A DNA stretch of 64,000 nt from an uncultured Chloroflexia bacterium (GTDB lineage: Bacteria; Chloroflexota; Limnocylindria; Limnocylindrales; CSP1-4). This document shows, one piece after another, positions 10,772 through 20,885 of the stretch. The translations under genes were made by a program, and so were the position numbers. The stretch covers positions 192,001-256,000 of the forward strand of contig CAVQJC010000005.1 in NCBI GenBank assembly GCA_963712745.1, read 5' to 3'. The stretch's first letter is position 1. Each line of letters opens with the position of its first letter. The notes under the pieces were generated by a model, which did not search any database, was not told the origin of the DNA, and worked only from the letters and a program-made list of their open reading frames with translations.

Positions 10772-11673
10772 GCAGGACGACCGGCACGGGCGTGTGGGTC
10801 TCCGGCTGCGAGGGCCGCCTGGGCCGTGCGCTCATGGCCACCGCACCCGGTCCCATCGACGGCTGGGATCAGCCCGACCTCGATCTCGACGATCCCGCCA
10901 CCGGCGCCGTGCTCGTCGAGCGACATCGGCCGGCGCTCGTCATCCACACCGCGGCCATGACCGCGGTGGACCAGGCCGCGCGTGAGCCGGACGTGGCCCT
11001 GCGCCGCAACGGGGAGGCGGCCGGTGCCATCGCCCGCGCCTGCCACGAGGCCGGGGCAGGTTTCGTGCTCATCTCCACCAACGAGGTCTTCGACGGCGAG
11101 CGCGAGGATGGCGTGGCCTACGTGGAGGACGACCCGGTCGGCCCGCGCAACCCGTACGGTCGCAGCAAGCTGGCCGGCGAAGAGGCGGCGCGGGCGGCGT
11201 TCGAGGACGACCCCGGCCTGTGGATCGTGCGCACGGCCTGGCTCTTTGGTCCGCCCGGCAACGACTTCCCCGACAAGATCACCGCCGCGGCCGACAAGGT
11301 CGCGGGCCCGCTGTCTGTCGTCAGCGACGAGGTCGGCTCACCGACCTACGTGCTCGACCTGGCCCGGGCCATCCACGAGCTGGTGGCGCGCACCGACGGG
11401 GGCATCTACAACCTGGTCAACGCCGGAGCCGCGTCGCGCTACGAGTGGGCAGAAGCGGTGCTCGCGATCCGCCGACCGGGACGCGAGGTCCGGCCCATCA
11501 CGCTGGCCGAGTTCGAGCGCCACTCCGACCCCCCGCCGTGGGGCGTGCTCGACACCTCGAAGGCGGCGGCTGCCGGCGTCGTCCTGCGACCCTGGCGCGA
11601 TGCGCTCGCCGACTACCTCAGGCACGAGGCACCGGCCGACCCAGGAACAGCCGGCGAGAGAGGAGGAACGTGA
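10768..11673 (+). CDS. rmlD: dTDP-4-dehydrorhamnose reductase
   Basis: GCEGRLG, HTAAMTAVD, ISTNEVFDG, YGRSK, GSPTY. Confidence 0.9.
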   Translation: MSRTTGTGVWVSGCEGRLGRALMATAPGPIDGWDQPDLDLDDPATGAVLVERHRPALVIHTAAMTAVDQAAREPDVALRRNGEAAGAIARACHEAGAGFVLISTNEVFDGEREDGVAYVEDDPVGPRNPYGRSKLAGEEAARAAFEDDPGLWIVRTAWLFGPPGNDFPDKITAAADKVAGPLSVVSDEVGSPTYVLDLARAIHELVARTDGGIYNLVNAGAASRYEWAEAVLAIRRPGREVRPITLAEFERHSDPPPWGVLDTSKAAAAGVVLRPWRDALADYLRHEAPADPGTAGERGGT

Positions 11674-12016
11674 CCGGGATGGTGAGGACCACCGCGGCCA
11701 GGGAGGCCAGCTGCGCGGGCAGCCCGAGCACGTCCACCCAGAAGAAGACCACGGCCAGGCCCAGCAGGTACTGCACGACGTAGACGAGCGGGAAGAGCAC
11801 GACGGTGGCAGCGCTCCCGGGCGCACGGAAGACGAAGACCCGGTTGAGCACGTAGGCCAGCGCGATGCCGGCCAGGAAGGCCAGGCTGTAGGCCGCGGCG
11901 TAGGGCAGGACCTGCAGCAGCAACAGGTAGAGCGCGAAGGTGGCCAGGGTGTTGGCGCCACCCGCGAGCAGGAAGCGCCCCGGCGGCCCAGTGACGACGT
12001 CCCGCAGCCGGCTCAA
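11618..12016 (-). CDS. GtrA-family polyprenyl-sugar flippase
   Basis: 132 aa, four TM segments, RFLLAGGANT, YVLNRVFVF. Confidence 0.85.
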   Translation of the reverse strand: MSRLRDVVTGPPGRFLLAGGANTLATFALYLLLLQVLPYAAAYSLAFLAGIALAYVLNRVFVFRAPGSAATVVLFPLVYVVQYLLGLAVVFFWVDVLGLPAQLASLAAVVLTIPVTFLLSRRLFLGRPVPRA

Positions 12017-12483
12017 GTGGCAGCGCCGGGCCCGCCCGCCGCTGCCAGGGCCAGGAACTCGGCGTAGTCGCGGATGTAGTCGCGGGGGTCGTACGGCTCG
12101 CTCGCGAGGACCAGCAGCACGCTCCCGGCGGTGTAGCCCGACTGGATGCCCCAGGTCATGGCCGGCAGGTAGAGCCCGCGGTCCGGCCTGTCGAGTACGA
12201 ACTCCTCGCGTGACTGCCCGTCATCAGCCGTGACCCGAACGCTGCCGCCGACCGCGACAAGGAACTGCTCGCATCTGTGGTGCGCGTGTTCGCCCCGGGT
12301 CTCCACGCTGGGCACGTCGTAGACGAAGAACATCCGCGCCGGCTCGAAGGGCACCTCCGGCGCGATCTCGGCCACGCTCAGCGTGCCGCGCACGTCCCGA
12401 GCAGTCCTGAACGTGTGGAGCGTGACGCCCCTGACGGACGTCCGGCTCACACCCGGCTCGGCGATCCTCTCCACTCCGGCCAT
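12013..12483 (-). CDS. FdtA/QdtA/WxcM-like dTDP-4-keto-6-deoxyglucose 3,4-isomerase (cupin)
   Basis: DVRGTLSV, VPFEPARMFFVYDVP, RGEHAH, LLVLASEPYD..YIRDY. Confidence 0.88.
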   Translation of the reverse strand: MAGVERIAEPGVSRTSVRGVTLHTFRTARDVRGTLSVAEIAPEVPFEPARMFFVYDVPSVETRGEHAHHRCEQFLVAVGGSVRVTADDGQSREEFVLDRPDRGLYLPAMTWGIQSGYTAGSVLLVLASEPYDPRDYIRDYAEFLALAAAGGPGAAT

Positions 12484-12496
12484 CGACTCCTACCCC

Positions 12497-13451
12497 CTAC
12501 GCCGCGGCCAGCACGTGGGTCACGCGGCCCAGACGATAGCCCAGCCGCTCGCAGTTGCGGATGACCGCCCCGTTGGCGGCCTGCGTGGTCATGGTCACGA
12601 CGTCCGCTCCCCGTGCAGCGAGGTCGCGCGTCGCCTCCGACAGCAGGCGCAGGTGCCAGCCCTTGCGCTCCGGGCCCACGGCCACGAGCGGGATCCGGCC
12701 CAGGCGGAGATGAAGGTCGCAGTCATGCGCCAGGCCCAGCGGACAGGCTCCCGCCTCGGTCACCGTCGAGCGTGAAGAATGCACCCGCCGGCGCCCCGTC
12801 GCCGGGATCGGGCACCAGCACGGCCGTGGCCAGGCGCCGCAGCGACTCCTCTGCGTACGTGGCCAGGTAGCGCCGAGCGGTCTCGAGGCTGAACTGCGGA
12901 TCGGCGTGATAGCGGTCGCTGGGGTTGTCCGCCCGGGCTGCGACCTCCCGCAGGTGCGGTACGTCAGCTGCCGTGGCCGGCCGGACCGGGTGGCGCTCGT
13001 CGGTGACGGCCAGCGCCGGCTCGAGCGTGTAGTAGGCCAGGCGTGTCTCGATGAGGCGGAAGCCACCGGCGCCCAGGACGCCCAGCGGCACCAGGTCGGA
13101 GGCCGGGACCTCGCTCCAGACATAGGCGCCGGGGTAGGCGGAGGCCAGCTCCGCGCGCAGCTCGGCGAGGGAGGCGGCCAACCCGTCGGCGGGGTCCTGC
13201 GTCTCGCCCTCCCAGCCTGCGCCGTCGATGCGGATCATCGGCCGGCCGAAGTGCTCGGTATCCCAGCGCAGGAGGCGCCAGTACCAGCGGGCATCGGTGC
13301 CGCTCGTGCGCAGGTCGCCTTGGGCCGCGGCGGTCGCCAGGGCCTCCTCGGCATGCTCGGCCAGCTCCGCTCGTCGTTCTCGCAGGAAGCTCAGGGGTGA
13401 GTGGTCGGCCGCACGTTGGGCCGGGACCAGGAAGTCAGGACGCATGCTCAT
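12497..13451 (-). CDS. WecD-like GNAT sugar N-acetyltransferase (+1 frameshift near 12765)
   Basis: LRWDTEHFG, DRYHADP, TTQAANGAVIRNCERLGY across two frames. Confidence 0.75.
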
Positions 13452-14430
13452 CGGTGTGGGGGCCGTGATCCTCGATGGTGTGGGGGCCGTGATCCTCGAT
13501 GCTCGCCACGAGGTAGTGCGGGCGCGCCTTGGTGTTCTCGTACGCGCGCGAGGCATAGGAGCCCACGACGCCCAGGCCGAACAGGATGAGCGAGCCGAAG
13601 AACACCAGCAGCAGCGCCAGCACCGTGAAGCCGGGCACCTCGATGTTCCCGAACAGGCGCATCACGACCACGAGCAGGCCGTATAGGCCGCTGAGCAGCG
13701 CGACCAGGCCGCCACCCCACACGAGCAGGCGGATGGGCAGGTCGGTGAAGGCGAAGATGCTGTCGAAGAGGTAGGTGAGCTTCTTGCCCACCGTCCAGGC
13801 CGATGACCCGTACGGCCGCTCCTTGCGCTCGTAGGACACCGTCGCCCGGCGGTAGCCGACCCAGGCCAGCTGGGCCACCAGCGAGGTGCTGCGCTCATCG
13901 AGCTCCAGCAACCGGTCGCGAACCTCGCGCGTGCAGGCGAAGACGTCGACGCCCCCGGCCGGGATCTCGGGCACGACCAGGCGGCGGTAGGCGGCCCAGT
14001 ACCACTGTGCGGGCAGCCGGCTGCGGGCGGGATCGGCTCGTGCCTCGCGCACGCCGAAGACGACATCCGCCTCATCGCGACGCAGCACCTCGTCCATGCG
14101 CAGAGGCAGGTCCGGTGGCTCCTGCAGGTCGGCCGCCATGATCGCGAAGCGGTCGCCCGCGCCGATCTCCAGCCCGGCCCGGATGGCCGCGAACGAGCCG
14201 AAGTTGCGAGACAGCGCGATCAGGCGCGAGCGGTAGGCCTGCCCCGGCAGCAGCTCGTGCAGGAGGGCGTGCGAGCGGTCGGGGCTGCCGTCCACCACGA
14301 AGATGACCTCGAAGTCGTCAGGCGTGCCGGCTCGCACCTGCTCGACGGCCGCCAGCAGCTCCCCGATCGACTCCTCGTTGCGATAGACCGGGATGATCAG
14401 CGACAGCATCGTCATGGTCTTGGTCATCAT
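13435..14430 (-). CDS. GT2, GtrB/ArnC-like polyprenyl-phosphate glycosyltransferase
   Basis: IIPVYRNE, VVDGSPD, LSRNFG, MAADLQEPP, two C-terminal TM segments. Confidence 0.88.
   Translation of the reverse strand: MMTKTMTMLSLIIPVYRNEESIGELLAAVEQVRAGTPDDFEVIFVVDGSPDRSHALLHELLPGQAYRSRLIALSRNFGSFAAIRAGLEIGAGDRFAIMAADLQEPPDLPLRMDEVLRRDEADVVFGVREARADPARSRLPAQWYWAAYRRLVVPEIPAGGVDVFACTREVRDRLLELDERSTSLVAQLAWVGYRRATVSYERKERPYGSSAWTVGKKLTYLFDSIFAFTDLPIRLLVWGGGLVALLSGLYGLLVVVMRLFGNIEVPGFTVLALLLVFFGSLILFGLGVVGSYASRAYENTKARPHYLVASIEDHGPHTIEDHGPHTDEHAS
13453..13500. repeat. 24-bp perfect tandem repeat x2 (IEDHGPHT) at a gene junction
   Basis: ggtgtgggggccgtgatcctcgat twice. Confidence 0.92.
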
Positions 14431-15583
14431 CCGGCCCATCGGGGGAAGGCGCGCAGGGCTTCGATGACGGTCGCCTGCGCGTCCTGGGCCAGGCCCGGGT
14501 AGCAGGGCAGCGAAACCACGCTGTCGCAGGCGGCCTCGGTCACGGGCAGGGACTGGGGCGCATCGGTCAGGTAGGCCGGCTGCAGATGGTCGGCCAGCGG
14601 GAAGTGCACGTCCGTGCCCACGCCGTTGGCGCTGAGGTGCTTGCGCAGGTCGTCGCGTGCCGTGCTGCGCACGACGTAGAGGTGCGCGACCGAGCCGCCA
14701 TCGGGCGCCGGCGGCAGGGTGAGCGGCAGGCCGCTGAGGGCCTCGTCGTAGCGGGCGGCGATCGCCCGTCGCTCGTCGTTCCAGTCGTCGAGGTGGGGCA
14801 GCCTGTCCGCGAGGACGGCCGCCTGCAGCTCATCGAGCCGGCTGTTGCGTCCACCGGCGTGCTCGGTCCGGTACTTGGCCGCCCAGCCGTACTGGCGCAG
14901 TGCACGGATGCGCTCCGCCAGCTCGTGGTCGTCGGTGGTGATGGCCCCGCCGTCCCCGATGCCACCGAGGTTCTTGGTCGGATAGAAGCTGAAACAACCC
15001 AGCGTGGCGAATGCGCCGGCGCGGCGACCGTCGTGTGTCGCACCGGTGTGCGCCGTGGGCCTGTGCGCCGTGGGCTGTGTCCGCCGTGCGTCTGTGCGCC
15101 GTGGGCTTGTGCGCAGTCCTCGATGAGGGGCACACCGGCCGCGGCCGCCATGGGCACGAGGGAGGCCATGTCCGCGAGCCGGCCGTAGAGGTGGGTGACG
15201 ATGACGGCGGCCACGCCGGGTGCCTCGAGTGCCGCGCGCAGGCCGTCGGGCGACATGTTCAGGCTGGCCTCGTCCACGTCGACATAGAGGGGGTTGGCGC
15301 CGGCCGCGCGGATGGCCGTGCTCGAATAGGGCCCGGCGTTGGCCACGGTCAGGACCGTGTCACCGGGGCCCACGTCCAGGGCTCGCAGGGCGATCTCCAG
15401 GGCATCGGTCCCGCTGGCGACGCCGAGGCAGTAGCGCGTGCCGCAGTAGTCGGCGAAGGCGCCTTCGAAGCGCTCGACCTCCGGCCCCAGGATGTAGCGA
15501 CCGCTCGTCAACACGCGCCCGACCGCGGCGCGGATGTCCACGCGGGACTCGATGGCGTCGAGGGCGAATACGGGCACGTTCAC
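14427..15583 (-). CDS. DegT/DnrJ/FdtB-family sugar aminotransferase (frameshifts within the repeat at 15043-15080)
   Basis: YILGPEVERFE, SGTDALEIAL, HLYG, EDCAQAHG, FSFYPTKNLGGIGDGG, NSRLDELQAA. Confidence 0.88.
15047..15113. repeat. 15-bp tandem repeat x~4 amplifying AQAHG
   Basis: tgtgcgccgtgggc units. Confidence 0.85.
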
Positions 15584-15595
15584 GTCGGCCCATCG

Positions 15596-15679
15596 TAGCG
15601 GCTGGCTGGGGCTCGGTAGCGGCTGGCTGGGGCTCGAGAGAGGCTGGCCGGGGCTCGAAAGAGGCTGGCTTGGGCGCGA
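15596..15679. repeat. 21-bp tandem repeat x4 between divergent genes
   Basis: tagcggctggctggggctcgg grading to aagaggctggcttgggcgcga. Confidence 0.88.
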
Positions 15680-15767
15680 ACGAAGCGGGCTGGAGTTCGG
15701 TAGGAGGCGGGCTGGATCCGGTCCGCGCTGAGCCCGCGACCCGGTTGGCCGCTGATATCCTCGGCCG

Positions 15768-17603
15768 ATGACGACCAGCCGCCTGCGGGCCATCGCGACG
15801 GGCGCGCTGTTGCTCATCCCCATCGCGCTCATCCTGCTGCGCGTCCTGAGCTGGATCCGGTTGGGGGTCGACTACCCCTACGCCGACGACTGGCGGGCCC
15901 TCCTCGACCGCGAGCTGGGTGTCTTCGACCTGGCTGCCTTCTTCACCGTCTCCAACGACACGCTCTATCCGGTCGGCAAGTTCCTCGACTGGGCCGCGCA
16001 CGTGACTCTGGGCAGCCATACCGTCGCCTACCAGGCGGTCTCCCAGGTGGCGGTGCTGGGAACCGTCCTGGCGCTCCAGTTCGTGCTCCTGCGTCGCGCG
16101 CTGGTGAGCCCCCTCCTGGCGGCGGCGCTCGCGACCCTCAGCATCCTGGGGCTGCGCGCGGGCGAGAGCTACTGGGGCGTGGCCAACCTCGGCTACCAGC
16201 AGGCCCTGCCGGTGTTGTGCCTGCTGGGCATCCTTGCCATCGCCACCGGTGCGCACGGGGGCCGTGCCGTCGTGACCGTGGTCGCTTCGATGCTGGCGCT
16301 GGTGGCCGGCTTCGCCTACATCTCGGGTGCCTTCGCGGTCCTCGCCGCGGGGCTGGTCCTGCTCGTCGCGGCCCGGTTCACGCGCGGTGACCTGCGTACG
16401 CGGCTCGGAGCGGCCGGCCTTGGCGCGGCGGTGGGCGGCGCCATCTCGTCGGTGGCCCAGCTGGTGGCCACGATGTCAGGCGAGGGCGGGTCCTCGTTGA
16501 GCATGCCCTGGGACCCGGATGTCTGGCGCTTCATGCTGGGCGTCCTGGCCGACTCGCTGCTGCTGCCGGCCGGTCGGCCCGCGCTCTCCTTCGCGGTCAT
16601 CCTGGCCGTGGTGGCGGTCGCGGTCGTGGTCGGAGTGGTCCTCGCCGTACGCGTGATCCGTGGTCGGGCCGGCCGACGCGAGACGACTCTCACCGTCGTC
16701 TACCTGGGCCTGGCCGTGGCCATCGCCGCCTACCTCGGGCTCGTGGCGGTGGGCCGGCTGGAGTACCTGCGCGGTACCGACGATGGAGCAGATGCCTTCC
16801 TGCTGGGCTGGGAGCGCTTCTACCAGTGGTGGCCCACCGTCTTCTGGCCGTGGCTGGCCGCGGCCGGACTGCTCTTCCTGCGCGCCGCGACCCGGGGACG
16901 AACGCAGCTTCGCCGGGGGGTGGTGGCGGGGGTCGCGCTCGGGGCGGTGGCCGTCTCGCTCGCGGCGCTGGCCACGGGCGCCTATGACTACGACACCCGC
17001 CACCGCTCGCTGGCCCAGCAACGCGACGCCATCTCGCGCTGTGTGAGCCAGACGCTGGCCTCGGCGGAGCCGGTGGTCTGCCAGACGGGGCGCACCTGGG
17101 ACCTGGCCGGCGCGGTGCTCCATGCGGACGACATCGGGGTCACCTTCACCCGCGACCTGCAGCTGACGCCGTCGGCCGATGGTGAGGTGCTCGGCCGGCT
17201 GACCGAGGATGGCGAGGGGGCCTTCGAGCCGGGTTCGAGCGCGACGGTGACACCGGGCGGCGGTGGCTTCGAGGTCAGCGGCAGCGCCCGCCATGCCTGG
17301 CGCTTCACCCCTGCCGACGAGGCCGGGCTGGCCGCCTGCTCCGTGCTCGAGGTTCGCCTGGAGGTGGCCGCGAGCCGGGCCGACTCAACACTGGTCCGAT
17401 ACCGAGCGATCGGAGACGGTGCGTCGGAGCCGCGTCAGAAGGCCCGGAACCTGCGGCGTGTCGACGGCGTCGAATCGGTGTCCGTGACGGTGCTGTCAGC
17501 GGACGGTTTCGCTGCGCCCGTGACCATCCTGCCGGCCGTAGGCTCGAGGGAGTACAGGCTCGACGAGCTCGAACTCATCTGCCACCGGACGGTAGCCGAG
17601 TAG
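15768..17603 (+). CDS. Polytopic membrane protein, probable GT-C-type (lipid-linked sugar) glycosyltransferase
   Basis: PYADDW after the first TM, about 11 TM segments, extracellular C-terminal domain; next to GtrA/GtrB-like genes. Confidence 0.55.
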   Translation: MTTSRLRAIATGALLLIPIALILLRVLSWIRLGVDYPYADDWRALLDRELGVFDLAAFFTVSNDTLYPVGKFLDWAAHVTLGSHTVAYQAVSQVAVLGTVLALQFVLLRRALVSPLLAAALATLSILGLRAGESYWGVANLGYQQALPVLCLLGILAIATGAHGGRAVVTVVASMLALVAGFAYISGAFAVLAAGLVLLVAARFTRGDLRTRLGAAGLGAAVGGAISSVAQLVATMSGEGGSSLSMPWDPDVWRFMLGVLADSLLLPAGRPALSFAVILAVVAVAVVVGVVLAVRVIRGRAGRRETTLTVVYLGLAVAIAAYLGLVAVGRLEYLRGTDDGADAFLLGWERFYQWWPTVFWPWLAAAGLLFLRAATRGRTQLRRGVVAGVALGAVAVSLAALATGAYDYDTRHRSLAQQRDAISRCVSQTLASAEPVVCQTGRTWDLAGAVLHADDIGVTFTRDLQLTPSADGEVLGRLTEDGEGAFEPGSSATVTPGGGGFEVSGSARHAWRFTPADEAGLAACSVLEVRLEVAASRADSTLVRYRAIGDGASEPRQKARNLRRVDGVESVSVTVLSADGFAAPVTILPAVGSREYRLDELELICHRTVAE

Positions 17604-17628
17604 GTCGCGAACGCCCCCCGGGTCGCGG

Positions 17629-19624
17629 TCAGAGCTCGTCGGCGAAGCGGCGGAAGAGCGCCACGTCCAGGCGATTGAGCTCGCGCAGCCGCTTGCGCAC
17701 GTCCTTGCCCACGTCTTCCTCGGCGGGACCGGTGGCATGGCGGGGTGGCATCGGCGGGACCGGTGGCATCGGCGGGACCGGTGGCATCGGCGGGATCGGT
17801 GGCATCGGCGGGACCGGCGTTGATCACCGGCGCGACCGGCAGCGTCACACCCAGGACCTTGCCCAGCACCACCAGGCTGCGCGTCATCGAACCGCGGCTG
17901 AGGACGGCATCGAAGTGCGCCTCGACGTTCGCCAGCGCGTCGGTGAGCATGTCGTCCGTGCACGCGCCGAAGGGTGGGTCCGGCCGCCCCGCGAGGGCAC
18001 GGACCATGGCGTTGTCGGCCTCCAGGCGCCGGTCGCCGAAGACCCACTCCTCCAGCGGCGGGAGGGTTTCACCTTCTGCGGCCGCGATGCGCGCCCGGTC
18101 GTTGTAGAGGGAGATGACCCGGCTGACCGGATGGCGGAGCGCGGTGACGTAGCGGGACGGACCGGGGATGTACTGGTGGAACCCGAAGTCGAAGTCACCC
18201 ATCACCAGCGAGAGGGCCGACCGCTCCGCTTCCGGCAGCGCGACGAAGGCCTCCGTCGTGATGGCGCCTTCGACCGGTAGCCCGTCATAGACGTAGCGGC
18301 GATCGTCCGCCGGGACCACCTCTTCCAGCACGCTGCGGAAGGCGCCGCCGGCCGTGCGCGGGAAGTGCATGAACAGCAGCGTGGGGAGGTCTGGATGCGC
18401 CGGAGCGAGGGGGGTCGACCGGGCCGCCAGCTGCTCGCGCAGCGGCTCCAGGCGCCGGGCCGCCTCGTCCGCGAGATGGCCCAGGCCGGAGGGATCGAGG
18501 CTCTCGATGATGAACTCGACCGAACCGCTGCCGTGACGTTCGGCGTCCTGCACCTGCACGTCCATCCAGGCCAGCACGTCCTCGTCGCGCGACCGCCGGA
18601 AGGCGGCCGGGTCCCAGGCCCCGGAGATGTCGAGCCCGAGACGCTCGAAGGCCGCGGGGATGTCCTCCTCGCGCAGCAGCGAGAGCCCGCGGTGGTGCGC
18701 CCAGCGGCCGCTGGGTGCGAGGCCCACCAGGATCGCCCGCGTGGCATCGGCATAGCGGAGCTTGCGCACGCGCGGGAGCAGGTTGGGGCGGGCGATGCGC
18801 TTGCCCTCGCGGCGCACGAGCACGCCGACCGCGGCCTCGATCCGGCCCAGCAGCTGGGGCACGTGGATGGCCGAACCCTCGGCGAACACGATGCGACGCG
18901 ACTCGCGGTAGGCGCGGAGCTGCTCGAGCAGTGGCTGGGTCTCCGGCCGCATGATGCGCACGCCGGACGCCGCGAGTGCGCGCTCGAGGTACGTCTCGCC
19001 CGCGAATCGGGCGGCCATCCCCGCGCGCGAGACGTAGAGGGGGGTGGTGTGGCTGACGTCCGGCGGGCCCAGGCGGCGCTCCGCATGCTCGTCGAGCGCG
19101 TCGAGGTAGGCCTCGCCGGGGCCGGGGCCATCGAGCTGCTCCGCCTGCGGCGCCACGAACAGCTCTCGTGCCAGCACCGGCGCGTCGACCAGGCGGATGC
19201 GGTCCTCGTCGAGGCCGAACCAGTCGAGGATGGCGCGGAAGAAGCCGGGCGTGTCGGCCAGGCTGCGCCAGCCCCGGTCGGGCTTGACCCCGAAGGCGAT
19301 GGGCAACTCCGGTCGCGCCAGCATCGTGGGCAGGAGGCGGGCGGAGAAGTCGGCTACCTGGTGCCCGAACTGCACGTCCACGCCGCCGCCCCAGGCCAGC
19401 GCCTCCACGGGGACCGGCCCCTGCGCGGGTGGGTCGGGGTGGACGTCGATGGGCTCGCCGCCGCGGCAGTGGCGAGCCTCTACCTGCGTCTCCCAGTCGG
19501 GCCAGATGGGCCCGCCGCGGTGCCAGTCGTCGTCCTGCCAGCGGTCGAGCAGCGCCGCGTACGGCACCACCACCACATCGCGGAACGCCTGGCCGCCGGG
19601 GAATGGCCGCTCGTCGGGGGCCAT
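17629..19624 (-). CDS. GT61-like glycosyltransferase fused to a Sulfotransfer_2-like domain (frameshift in the repeat near 17740)
   Basis: FGHQVAD, LYVSR, PETQPLLEQL, FAEGSAIH; FMHFPRTAG, TALRHPVSRVIS; corrected end RELNRLDVALFRRFADEL*. Confidence 0.75.
17721..17817. repeat. 18-bp tandem repeat x~5 (GPADAT), one unit truncated
   Basis: cggcgggaccggtggcat units. Confidence 0.9.
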
Positions 19625-19625
19625 C

Positions 19626-20672
19626 TCAGGCGCCACCGACCCGCTTGCCCCTCGCCCGGGACGACGCGTATTCATCGACCCACTTCTTCGAACTCACCCA
19701 GCGACCGTTCGCATCGCGCGAGGCCCGAAGACGGCCACGAAGCGCAGCCTCACGCAATGCTCGGACCGTCAGTCCCGGCTTCGCCAGCGCGCTCAGTGGC
19801 AGCATCCTCACGGGTCCCGCGAGGTTCGGCAGCAGGAAGCGGTCGAGGCTGTCCTTGACCGCTCGAGCGAGCAGCTCGCCCAGCGGGGCATAGTCGCCGG
19901 CGTCAGCCTTGGCCAAGGCCTTGAGGTACCGGGACCTGTCCGCCTTGCGGACGATGGCTGGGGCGTAGCCGAGTCGCACCAGGAGGAGGTTCAGGACGAG
20001 ACGGCCGACACGCCCGTTGCCGTCGCGGAAGGGGTGGATGCGTTCAAAGTCAGCGTGCACTCGAGCCAGACGGACGATCGGATGCTCGTCGGCACCCGGC
20101 CGGCTGTTCACGAGCTTCAGCCAATCACCCATGTGTGCCGGCACCTCAGTCCATGGTGGAGGTTCCATCCCGCTCGGAAACGGCAGGATGTCGCGACGAC
20201 GGTAGTCGCCCGCGCGCTCATCTGGCCCCAGATCGGCGGGAGGTACGGCAGCCCAGACGGGCCCGAGCGTGAGCGAGTGCATGGTGCGCAACTCGGTCGC
20301 GGTCAACAAGCCGCTGGCGCCCCAGGCGTCCGGACTGATCCCCTGGCTGTAGACCCAGTCAGCTGCCCTGGAGTACGCCTCGACCTCGAGGTACTCACGC
20401 AGGTCCCTGTCGCCGACCGCTCGCCCTTCGGCGAGGAGCTCACGGACCTGGTTCATCAGGAGCGTGTTCCCTTCGAGCGCGGTCGAATTGTGCGTCTCTT
20501 CGACCCAGATCCCACGCCAGATCTCGTCATTCTCGTCTGGCGACGGCAGGCCGCCAGTGCGCTCGAGGTCGTCCATCGCGAGATCGACTTGCTCAAGGAT
20601 GAACTTGCGACTCGGACGACCTCGTTCGGGCTTGGTGATGACCATCTGGAACTGGACCCCGGTTTGCGTCAC
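19626..20672 (-). CDS. Fic-domain protein (class II-like) with putative C-terminal DNA-binding domain
   Basis: HPFRDGNGRVGR catalytic motif; STALEGN inhibitory motif; C-terminal LREAALRGRLRA..GRW. Confidence 0.9.
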   Translation of the reverse strand: MTQTGVQFQMVITKPERGRPSRKFILEQVDLAMDDLERTGGLPSPDENDEIWRGIWVEETHNSTALEGNTLLMNQVRELLAEGRAVGDRDLREYLEVEAYSRAADWVYSQGISPDAWGASGLLTATELRTMHSLTLGPVWAAVPPADLGPDERAGDYRRRDILPFPSGMEPPPWTEVPAHMGDWLKLVNSRPGADEHPIVRLARVHADFERIHPFRDGNGRVGRLVLNLLLVRLGYAPAIVRKADRSRYLKALAKADAGDYAPLGELLARAVKDSLDRFLLPNLAGPVRMLPLSALAKPGLTVRALREAALRGRLRASRDANGRWVSSKKWVDEYASSRARGKRVGGA

Positions 20673-20763
20673 CTATGGCCAAGATAATCGCCTGACGCAA
20701 ACCCATCATCGGCGAGAGGGAAGTTTGCGTCAAGAGCGGCCAACTTAATCACTTGACGCAAAC
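20662..20763. promoter_or_regulatory. Two palindromic operator-like sites GTTTGCGTCA-N21-TGACGCAAAC
   Basis: Half-sites at 20662-20671/20693-20702 and 20723-20732/20754-20763. Confidence 0.75.
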
Positions 20764-20885
20764 CTCGCTCAGGATGACCGGGCTGGCGCCAAGCCGACCA
20801 GCGCAGCAGCGACCATCTGGCGCCGGGCCCGCAGCAGCGACGAAGGGTCAGCCCCTGACCCCACCCTCCTTCGCGTTGGAGAGCG

